Of a stretch of DNA of 64,000 bases, positions 25,301-36,091 are shown piece by piece (position 1 is the stretch's first letter; every line of letters begins with the position of its first letter). This DNA is from Tubulanus polymorphus (lineage: Eukaryota; Animalia; Nemertea), in assembly GCF_964204645.1 (NCBI RefSeq), contig NC_134032.1, positions 16,515,252 to 16,579,251 of the forward strand, in the 5' to 3' direction. The notes beneath the pieces were generated by a model. The model did no database searches and was not told the DNA's origin. It saw only the letters and a program-made list of their open reading frames with translations. Position numbers and translations under genes: made by a program.

Positions 25301-26882
25301 TCAGGGTTTACATTAGGAGGTATGTGTCTCGTCCAACCAGCTGTCATCTCGTGTGTGTCTCGTCCAACCAGCTGTCATATTGTGTGTGTCTCGTCCAACC
25401 AGCTGTCATATTGTCTGTGTCTCGTCCAACCAGCTGTCATATCGTGTCTCGTCCAACCAGCTGTCATATCGTGTGTGTCTCGTCCAACCAGCTGTCATAT
25501 TGTGTGTGTCTCGTCCAACCAGCTGTCATATCGTGTCTCGTCCAACCAGCTGTCATATCGTGTCTCGTCCAACCAGCTGTCATATCGTGTGTGTCTCGTC
25601 CAACCAGCTGTCATCTCGTGTGTGTCTCGTCCAACCAGCTGTCATATTGTGTGTGTCTCGTCCAACCAGCTGTCATATCGTGTCTCGTCCAACCAGCTGT
25701 CATATCGTGTGTGTCTCGTCCAACCAGCTGTCATCTCGTGTGTGTCTCATCCAATCAGCTGTCAAATCGTGTGTGTCTCATCCAATCAGCTGTCAAATCG
25801 TGTGTGTCTCGTCCAATCAGCTGTCATCTCGTGTGTGTCTCGTCCAACCAGCTGTCAAATCGTGTGTGTCTCGTCCAATCAGCTGTCGCCTCACGTGTGT
25901 CTCATCCAATCAGCTGTCGCCTCGTGTGTTTCCCATCCAATCAGCTGTCATCAAAGTTATAATTGGCGAGAATTTCATTTTGATTTTTAGTGACGGTCGA
26001 ACAGGCATGGGTACCAGATCAAGTACAAGTGACCTACAGCGTGGACGGGGTTACCTTTAACCCAATTCATCGAGCTCCGTCAAAGGTAACCCTAATCCCT
26101 TATAGATTCAAAGATGCTTTGGGAAATATCTACATGTAGTATAAATGAATATGTTTGTCTTAATCGATTAGAATATATTCACGGCATTCTGGTGGGGACA
26201 TCGAGTCAACTGGTTCGATCGGGAAATACTTCTCAGAATAATTCGACTTCACCCGATCTCAAAGTCTCACGCTTGTCTAACAGCCGAAATTCTAGGTTGT
26301 GACGTCACTAGTGAGTAAAGTTATTTGGAAGTTGATACGTATTTAACTGGTGATGATCCAGTGTCCGCTGTGACAGGCTTTCATCACTCTGAACACGATA
26401 TTTTACTCCGTTTTAGGCCATTACCTGAATGACTTGACCGTGCTGGTCGAACAGGAAGCGTTTAACCCGGATCACGTGACTATCGAACCGGAGAGTACGT
26501 GTCGGAAACTGAGTGAGGCTTTACCGGTCGGGGAGACTACAAAAATCAACTGTATCCCCAGTCATAGCGGTCGTGGTCGTCATGTGACTATAGTTAAACA
26601 TAGCGCTATTAATTCACCGCTATCGTTTAGCGAAATAGAAATACAAGGCGAACCAGTATCAGGTAAACCAGACAACCCTCAACTCTAATCTTAACCTTTC
26701 AACCCGGCACGTAACCAGTAAATACTGTATCATTGCAGCCAATATTGCGTCATATCGACCTATATTCACTGCCAGTAGTTCTAATCACAGCCGACTTGGT
26801 TTAGTCGATGAGAAATATGACTGGAATAATTGTGAAACGCTCGATGTGAACCGTGTGTGGTTATCAGTACAGATACAACAGC

Positions 26883-26921
<39 letters not shown>

Positions 26922-29900
26922 TTGCGGTTAAACATGTTATATTGAGGTTTCAACCGAACTGTTGTAGTAAGCGGCGACCGGTCAAATCAACACGTGACAC
27001 TTAAATATCGATCGATAGAATTTAAATATTGTTGTATTTTGTAGATGATGTTCGCATTGCTGAAAGTGTTCAAGTTCGTATATCGGACAAATTACCTCCT
27101 TCTACAGACCTCTCTCAACCTCCTCCTACAGACCTCTCTCAACCTCCTCCTACTAACCTCTCTATCGACCTCGCTAAACACATCAGCTGCTCCTACGTAC
27201 GACATTATTCCCTTGATGCACTGTTCATCTGTCCACCGGAAGCGGTCGGTGATTACGTCATCGTCCACACGCTGGGAACGCGTGTCGTTGTTTGTGAAGT
27301 TGAAATCTATCAGAATTTCTCAACACGTAAGATTTAGATTTGAATTGAAATGGAAAATGAAATATTGACTCGTTAGAAATATCGAAACATGATGAAAAAA
27401 TCTAAACACGGTGTTTTTAGATAACCTGGCATTGTTGAGAAATTCCTATTCGAGTAATCGTGCTAATGACTGGACCGGAGCGCCTCAACTAGCCGTCGAT
27501 GGTAGCAAGTCCAGTTGTTTTGAAGCCGGTCGTGAATCTAGAACCTGGTGGACTGTTGACCTAGATACTGTCAATTATATCAGAATAATTACAATCCTAA
27601 ACAGAAACGATGTGAAATGTGAGTTGAATGATTAATTCAATATACTGTATCCAAACTCATATGAAAGACAGTATTTATAATTACAGCGGATTCTCTGAAC
27701 AATTTGAAGATAACAGTCGGAATGGAATTTGATCGTTTATCCGGAACGAGCACGCGTCAAACAACATGTACAAACTTCGCGGGGGAGTTTAAACCGGGAG
27801 AGATGATGCACTTCCGGTGTCCCAAAGGTGCCGTCGGCAGACACGTGACCATCGCCGTATTAGACATGTATCTGTCTTTTTGTGAAGTGGAGGTTTTTGG
27901 ATTTCTGTTCGAAGGTAAATTTGTTCTGATCAGAATCTGTTAAAACGGTTGAAGTTTAATTGGTTATCATCGTGTGTCTATTGTAGAGAATATATCTGAG
28001 AATAAACCAGCTCGTCAGAGTGATGCTGCTGAGTTGGCGTGGTTAGCGGTAGATGGAGTACTAGTCACAGATCAGCGAACCACCGCTTTATGCGCCCATA
28101 TACATCAGTCGTCTACACGTGGGCAATGGTTGTCTATAGATCTGTTGTATATGTACAGATTGCGTAGTTCAGTTATAACTATCAGATCGGACTGCTGCGG
28201 TAACGGTTTAAGATTAAGTTTGGGTCGCTTGAAGCCTAGGCCTGTTTCATCATGAGCTGCGTTTGTTTTATTTGTAGGTTTTGAGATGAAAAATTTTAAG
28301 ATGACGGTTTCATCGTCAACGGCACCGGATCCACGTGACCGTCCGTTCTATGTGTGTTTTCACAAACAGAGCGCCTCCTATCTCGGGGAGATACACTATA
28401 TTCAGTGCCAGGACACATCCACCAGGGGGCGCTACGTTACTATCAGTAAACAGATCGGGGATCCCTCACCCCTGACCATTTGTGAAGTAGAAATATTCGG
28501 CGATAGATTCATCGAATCAGGTAATTTGAGGAATCCTAAAACTCTCGATCGATTTAAGACAATGTTCCAATTTTAAGTCGTTAAATGTTTGAATTTTCAG
28601 ATGAAAATATCGCTTTGAACAAATTAACAAAACAGAGCGACGGAGGAAGTTCCGGTGTTAAATCAGTTGATGGTTTAAATGACGGTAAAATACCTGATTC
28701 AACACACGTGATCGATACAGTCGGGGAAGGCGCCACCTGGTGGATGGTGGATTTACAAGATCGATACATAGTAAACTCTATTATAGTTACACAACCATTT
28801 GACGGTATGTCCATCACAAAACACCTCGCACATTATTCTGAAATACCACACAATGAACTGACGAGATCAAATACTGTAACTGTCTTTCTGCAGGTCCAGG
28901 TTTACAAGGCGCCACGGTTTACGTAGCAGAGAATTTCAACCCTAATGACGTCAATAGTTCACCAGATACAGCAGCAATTCAGAGTGAAACAACTAGTGAT
29001 ATATCAACTACAACTAGTGATATATCAACTGCAACACGTGGTGATATATCAACCACACCTCGTGATATATCAACCACACCTCGTGATATATCAACCAGTA
29101 CTGATGATGTAACTGTCAGTTCACAGAAAGCGATGGATGAAATAACAACACAACCGACACAACTCACAGTTTGTCATCAGATCAGAAAACAGTTACTACC
29201 GGGACAAATAGCAGATATAACGTGTAACAGTGACGCGATAGGACGATATTTAATCATCGTTAAAGAGAATGATTCGTTAATTCTATCAGAAGTCGAGGTG
29301 TTCGGTACATTAATACCAGACTCGAGCAACACGAGCAGCACTAACCCGATAACATATCAAACAGATAGTACTCCAACTATAGGTCAGTATCAGCCGCTAA
29401 CCCCCTCCCCCCCTCCCTCACTCGATCACTCTCTCGGGGTCAGTATCAGCCGCTAACCCCCTCCCCCTCACTCGATCACTCTCTCGGGGTCAGTATCAGC
29501 CCCTAACCCCCCCCCCCCTCACTCGATCACTCTCTCGGGGTCAGTATCAGCCCCTAACCCCCCCTTACTCGATCACTCTCTCGGGGTCAGTATTAGCCCC
29601 TAACCCCCCTCACTCGATCACTCTCTCGGGGTCAGTATCAGCCCCTAACCCCCCTCACTCGATCACTCTCTCGGGGTCAGTATCAGCCCCTAACCCCCCC
29701 TCACTCGATCACTCTCTCGGGGTCAGTATCAGCCCCTAACCCCCCTCACTCGATCACTCTCTCGGGGTCAGTATCAGCCCCTAACCCCCCTCACTCGATC
29801 ACTCTCTCGGGGTCAGTATCAGCCCCTAACCCCCCTCACTCGATCACTCTCTCGGGGTCAGTATCAGCCCCTAACCCCCCTCACTCGATCACTCTCTCGG

Positions 29901-30231
29901 GGTCAGTATCAGCCCCTAACCCCCCTCACTCGATCACTCTCTCGGGGTCAGTATCAGCCCCTCCCCCCCCCCTCACTCGATCACTCTCTCGGTTATAAAC
30001 TCTTACTCACTGTGATTAACGTTGATTATTTCAGGTATACCGGATATTGATTGGGTATTAATAGGTGTTAATATAGCGGCCGGCATCAGTTTAATTTGTC
30101 TGGTATCGATATTAATTGGTTTACGAGGCGCTGGAAAATTACCGTTAGTTCGGGGTAGCGCTAAAATACCGCACCTAAAACCACCAGCCAGTCCAAAAAT
30201 ATCTCCGTCACCAGTACAACCAAATACATAA
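22361..30231 (+). CDS. Multi-domain F-type lectin (7 fucolectin/FTP-like domains plus a nested F5/8 type C domain), single-pass membrane protein, ~1380 aa
   Basis: Exons 22361-22442 (signal peptide MMDLLQIVRIILIISFLLKTDA), 22633-22866, 23774-24001, 24188-24397, 24483-24728, 24801-24986, 25125-25319, 25991-26085, 26172-26310, 26417-26662, 26739-26966, 27045-27326, 27421-27618, 27687-27914, 27987-28199, 28278-28520, 28601-28804, 28894-29382, 30035-30231 join in frame (4143 nt). Repeating FTP motifs N(I/L)ALxKP..A(V/I)DG..WWxVDL and GRYVxI..LxxCEVEVFG. Each domain spans two phase-1 exons. TM segment WVLIGVNIAAGISLICLVSILIGL, then a short Pro/Lys-rich tail. Confidence 0.85.
23404..23553. repeat. 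11-bp minisatellite
   Basis: TCACTGCTGGC x ~13. Confidence 0.95.
25324..25950. repeat. 27-31-bp intronic minisatellite, ~21 copies
   Basis: GTGTCTCGTCCAACCAGCTGTCATATC with a variable GT run; begins immediately after the donor at 25320. Confidence 0.95.
29383..29992. repeat. ~46-bp intronic minisatellite, ~13 copies, starting at a splice donor
   Basis: GTCAGTATCAGCCCCTAACCCCCCTCACTCGATCACTCTCTCGGG. Confidence 0.95.
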
Positions 30232-30326
30232 TGCACCAAAACACGACCATCACCCGGAAGAGCAGTTCAATTATTGTATAAAAAAGTGATTAGTAATTCT
30301 AGAACCGTTTATCAATGTGGTAAGGT

Positions 30327-30622
30327 CTAGACCACCGATCTGTATCACTAGACCACCAAGCTGTATCACTAGACCACCGATCTGTATCACTAGACCACCG
30401 AGCTGTATCACTAGACCACCGATCTGTATCACTAGACCACCGATCTGTATCACTAGACCACCGATCTGTATCACTAGACCACCGATCTGTATCACTAGAC
30501 CACCGATCTGTATCACTAGACCACCGAGCTGTATCACTAGACCACCGATCTGTATCACTAGACCACCGATCTGTATCACTAGACCACCGAGCTGTATCAC
30601 TAGACCACCGAGCTGTATCACT
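30327..30622. repeat. 21-bp minisatellite x14
   Basis: CTAGACCACCGA(T/G)CTGTATCA. Confidence 0.95.
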
Positions 30623-31056
30623 GTGGAGCTGCAGGGTTAGGGATGAGCCGTCGTCCGTCCGTCCGTCCATCCGTCCGTCCATCCGTCCGTCCAGCGTCGT
30701 CAATTTTTGTGGCATATTTTGTGAAGCAAAGTAGTAAAGTTATTACGCTTATACTACGCTTCGGGTTCAAGGTCATACGGTTATCTATATGGCAACCAGG
30801 TGGCGCTTTTCGTAGCAAATGACGGATTTTAAGCGACTTTCAGCTAAGAACCTTAGTGTCTGACTGTGGAGACAACCACTCCCAGGACTGGGTGAAGGGT
30901 CGCGTCACTATCCTGTTGAATTGTACACACACAAAAATTATTGTCAGTTTTGTTGCACAAATTATGATTATTTTACATCGTGTTTTGCACAAATAAAACC
31001 GTAAATAACATGAATATTTTGTCTTATGTCTTGATGAATCGTGCAGTAAACACAAT

Positions 31057-31795
31057 AACCAGGAATTCCTCCTGTTTGACAACACCACCGCAACCACCAC
31101 CAGAACCACCACCCACCACCACCACCACCACCACCGCAACCACCACCGCAACCACCACCACCACCACCACAACCACTACCACCACCGCAACTACCACCAC
31201 AACCACAACCACTACCACCACAACCACAACCACCACCACCACTAACCAGGAATTCCTCCTGTTTGACAACACCACCGCAACCACCACCAGAACCACCACC
31301 CACCACCACCACCACCACCACCGCAACCACCACCACCACCACAACCACAACCACTACCACCACAACCACAACCACCACCACCACTAACCAGGAATTCCTC
31401 CTGTTTGACAACACCACCGCAACCACCACCAGAACCACCACCCACCACCACCACCACCACCGCAACCACCACCACAACCACCACAACCACAACCACTACC
31501 ACCACAACCACAACCACCACCACCACTAACCAGGAATTCCTCCTGTTTGACAACACCACCGCAACCACCACCAGAACCACCACCCACCACCACCACCACC
31601 ATAACCACCACAACCACTACCACCACCACCACCGCAACTACCACCACCACCACCACCGCAACCACCACCACCACAACCACCACAACCACAACTACTACCA
31701 CCACAACCACAACCACCACCACCGCAACCACCACAACCACCACCACCACCACCACCACTAACCAGGAATTCCTCCTGTTTGGCAACACCACCATA
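31057..31795. repeat. Higher-order repeat: fixed head plus variable (ACC/ACA)n tract, x5
   Basis: Head TAACCAGGAATTCCTCCTGTTTG(A/G)CAACACCACC at ~31057, 31243, 31386, 31527 and 31759. Confidence 0.9.
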
Positions 31796-32775
31796 AGGAT
31801 GGAGAGATAGCGTTTTACTGACTATAGCGACCGAGCTGTATGTCATTTAACCCCTACCCTAACCGCCTGCCAAACAGATTTATTTGCGCGACACTTACTG
31901 AATGAGAAGTGTTTGTATTTTTATTTCAGTTATATCGCCATCTGCTAACCACTGAAAGTACACATACGTATCATAAACAGTGAAACAATCAATAACAGCT
32001 TGTATCTTACTGTGGATTCTATCAGTTTTACTCGCATCACCCCCCACAACCCCCCCCCCCCCACACACACCTCTCCAGTAGCAACAATTGAGAGATATTT
32101 CATTTAACTAAACTCTTAAAGAACACCAGCTGCTGAAACCCCGACCAACCTTTCGCCGGAAAACTTAATGAGAAATGATAACATTTCAGCAGCAGATGGT
32201 TGTATTTAATCAGTGAATTTTTAAACTGTTAACGAACTGTTATACCGGTTTGCGATAGAATGGGTAAATATCACGTAGACACCATTAAAATATATGATGT
32301 TATCGAGAGAATTAATGAGGAGCTGGGTTCGAGATAGAGTCAGTCCTATCTACCCGCCCACGAGTATAATTTATAGTATAAAAGTGTTTTCTCAATAGAC
32401 CAGGGAGGTGGTGAGATTAGGTAGGGAGGGGGAGAGGCAGACAGAACCCATCAGAACCCAAACATGCTGCTCGTGATTTCAGTAAAGAACAGTAAATTTT
32501 CTTCTCGTAGTTAAGGATAATAAGTCAATCTATATTCGCCATTTTTCTATGCATGATTAATATAATAAAAGTAACAGATGTTGTGAATCTGGTGGCGACA
32601 CGAGAACCATTGGTTTCAAAGGCTCTGAAAAATATAAACATATGTTACAGCTTAACTTGTGTCGCAGCTAACTCAATCAATCAGATTTGCTTTCGATATT
32701 TGAAATTTGTTTTTGAAATACAGCGTGCGGTACATGTATATATAGACATTTAACTGCCGCAATTATCGAAGGGTC

Positions 32776-33435
32776 CAGTAGGGTGGACAGAAACTGTCTG
32801 ATTACAGTAGGGTGGACAGAAACTGTCTGATTACAGTAGGGTGGACAGAAACTGTCTGATTACAGTAGGGTGGACAGAAACTGTCTGATTACAGTAGGGT
32901 GGACAGAAACTGTCTGATTACAGTAGGGTGGACAGAAACTGTCTGATTACAGTAGGGTGGACAGAAACTGTCTGATTACAGTAGGGTGGACAGAAACTGT
33001 CTGATTACAGTAGGGTGGACAGAAACTGTCTGATTACAGTAGGGTGGACAGAAACTGTCTGATTACAGTAGGGTGGATAGAAACTGTCTGATTACAGTAG
33101 GGTGGACAGAAACTGTCTGATTACAGTAGGGTGGACAGAAACTGTCTGATTACAGTAGGGTGGATAGAAACTGTCTGATTACAGTAGGGTGGACAGAAAC
33201 TGTCTGATTACAGTAGGGTGGACAGAAACTGTCTGATTACAGTAGGGTGGACAGAAACTGTCTGATTACAGTAGGGTGGACAGAAACTGTCTGATTACAG
33301 TAGGGTGGATAGAAACTGTCTGATTACAGTAGGGTAGACAGCAACTGTCTGATTACAGTAGGGTGGACAGCAACTGTCTGATTACAGTAGGGTGGACAGA
33401 AACTGTCTGATTACAGCGGGATGGACAGAAACTGG
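32776..33435. repeat. 29-bp minisatellite, ~23 copies
   Basis: CAGTAGGGTGGACAGAAACTGTCTGATTA. Confidence 0.97.
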
Positions 33436-34490
33436 TTTTGGTTTCTATACCGGAAAGCTTGTAAACAGCTCGTGCTCTGTAGGAACAAACATTGATCTGA
33501 TTGAAAACATGTTATTTCTATGAATATATTTCTAGCGGATTAAGTGAAATCTATCAAGCCCCAGCCCGGTCACTCGGGATCAGAGAATAGTTTTAATCTT
33601 TAAGAAGCACAAAGCAAGAATTAGTCACTTATAGACACGCGCAAACACACGTTAAACTGTTAAACACGATAATACACGTTCAAACACTATAAACACAATG
33701 AAATCGTCGTCGTCGTTTGACCACACTAGCTATAGAGACACTCAGTGAGGAGACACTCAGTGTAGAGACACTCAGTGAGGAGACACTCAGTGAGGAGAGA
33801 CACTCAGTGTAGAGACACTCAGTGAGGAGAGACACTCAGCGAAGAGACACTCAGTGAAGGGACACTCAGTGTAGGGACCGGTAAGTCGTGTATTAGTCTA
33901 AAATCAGCCCAATTAATATATGAACTAATATAATCTACAGTCTACCTCGCATGAGTCGCCTACAAGTTGAGCCCAGTCAAATATATCCGACTTACACATT
34001 GTACGATTTGTGAATAAGTTGAATATTAAGGAATCTTCACGAAAAATCAATACACATATATCGCGACTTGTGCGTTTATTGTGGTATTTGGTGAAGAAAT
34101 AAAACTGGATTTGTGCGACTTTGATGAGTGTGTGGAGTTACAGCGAGGTTGATTCGGCCGGTTTAGCATCTACCCCCACAGGGTCGAATAATCCCGAAAA
34201 ACTACGAACGCGCAGCTGTCAAACAGGAGATACGATATTTACTGAAATGCGTTCATTTTATCACATTCTAAACTTTCGACCATAAACTGTGATAAACTGA
34301 CGGCACCTGATGGCGCCGTGTGAAACAGAGTGATGCGTCGATCTGTGCCGCGCTATTTACGAGCAAAAACTTCCCCGCGAAAAATAACATTTCAAACAGA
34401 ATGTACTGAACTATTTATCATTTCAGAGTGACGGCTATACCTTTAGAGTGATTACGACACGCCATCTTCGTGAGACACTTTAGGGGGATT

Positions 34491-35117
34491 ATGGTATTTA
34501 GCATTCATCAATTCGTTCTAGTTTTCACCGGTATATTTTTTTCATAAATCTAAATCGACGAACTTTTTTTGTAGGAAAAAGCGGAAGTGGAAATGCCGTT
34601 AGTGGCAGGAAGTGATGATAATATCGAGGAAGGTATGCAATCGTACGGTACGCGAGACTCGGGAGGTGTCGGTAAAACTCGCGAAAACTCGGGACGTATC
34701 GGCAAATCTCGGGAAAACTCGGACGGAGAGAAGCGTCTAAAACAATCAAATGTCTCGAAGAAAGGCTACAACACGAAGAAAACTAACGTGCATAATCTTT
34801 CAAATCTGACTTTATTGACATCTAATATAAGTCAGTTGAGATCTGTTTTAAGTCGTGGTCGCGAACGCTGCCAATATTACGATTTACTCTTAACTTTACT
34901 CAGTTTATCGATCGGTTTTGAAATAATTATAACTGTTTTATTAATGACTGTTTCACATAAAGAATCCAAACCGAAACCCGTTGAAACAGATGAGAAACAT
35001 GATCCGTTTCAACTGTCGGATATTCTCAGTAATGCTGTCGGTATCGTGTCATTTCTGTTAATAGTAATTAATGTAGCTATTACGTCATTCAGCGAAGCCT
35101 CGAACCCCGGTGCTTAA
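34491..35117 (+). CDS. NINJ: Ninjurin family protein
   Basis: Main exon 34575-35117 follows a tttgtag acceptor. YNTKKT..NLTLLTSNISQLRSVL..YYDLLLTLLSLSIGFEIIITVLL and LSNAVGIVSFLLIVINVAITSF match the ninjurin pattern (YxxKK..ALLxANASQL..; LNN....F..VVNxFITAF). Start is either ATG|gt at 34491-34493 spliced to 34575, or ATG 34593. Confidence 0.85.
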
Positions 35118-35384
35118 ATAGACACGTGACTGACACGTGATCGTAGTATTGAAATTAGAAATGTATTGAAATAGATTTTTATATTGAATTGATTGAACGA
35201 CTTACGTGTCTGTACTCGTCTATACTCAACACCATAGTGATCGATCCATGCGCCCCCTAGTGATCGATCCGTGCGCCCCCTAGTGGATGACCCAGCGATG
35301 ATCCTGTGTTGTGGCACCCCCTATGGTATCGTCTACTTCCTATTTCACCAACATTTAGGATACACTCTATGTTGTATAAGAAAA

Positions 35385-35571
35385 TGGGACAGGGACAGGG
35401 ACAGAGAGAGAGGGGAGGTGAGGGAGAGGAAGAGGGAGAGGGAGAGGGAGAGGGAGAGGGAGATGGAGAGAAAGAGAGAGGCAGGAGAGGGAGATGGAGA
35501 GGGAGAGGGAGAGGGAGAGGGAGAGGGAGAGGGAGAGGGAGAGGGAGAGGGAGAGGGGGATGGGGAGAGGG
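35385..35571. repeat. (GAGAGG)n purine tract
   Basis: Directly visible. Confidence 0.95.
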
Positions 35572-35926
35572 AAATATTGATTGAGAAATATAAGCTGAAA
35601 CAACACGCAGCGCATGAACACATTGTGTCTTAATCAAATTACATACATAACATATAGCTTTGGCCGCAGCCGGCGCGGTTAGGGTTAAGGTTGCCGCAGC
35701 CGGCGCGGTTAGAGCGGTCGTGGTCGTCGTGTTTCCATAGACTAATATCATTCACAATTGATAAACCCACTGTAAGAGGAAACAACTAGGAGGAAATAGT
35801 CTGACGTTTCCACTCAAATCAGATTTTTAGAAATGGCTCGTAGAATTTAGTCGAACCGTTTTTGTTTTTTCTTTTTACTGCGGGTTTCTCTACCGCACCT
35901 GGAATCGAACCCGGGACCACCAGTCT

Positions 35927-36091
35927 CAGTGTATGAGTGTATGAGTGTATGAGTGTATGAGTGTATGAGTGTATGAGTGTATCAGTGTATCAGTGTATCA
36001 GTGTATCAGTGTATCAGTGTATCAGTGTATCAGTGTATCAGTGTATGAGTGTATGAGTGTATCAGTGTATGAGTGTATGAGTGTATCAGTG
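35927..36091. repeat. 8-bp repeat GTGTAT(G/C)A
   Basis: Directly visible. Confidence 0.95.

Noticed and set aside
24491-25990. 499-aa single ORF
   Set aside because: Chance read-through of three real exons, two stop-free introns and a minisatellite; the splice sites and domain boundaries define the true structure.
30840-31846. Mucin-like, His-rich or Gly/Cys-rich ORFs
   Set aside because: Six-frame translations of the ACC-rich repeat; no start or splice support.
32776-33435. CRISPR-like 29-bp repeat with internal hairpin GACAG-AAA-CTGTC (also arrays at 6186, 31057 and 50090)
   Set aside because: Head-to-tail repeats without unique spacers, no cas genes, eukaryotic context.
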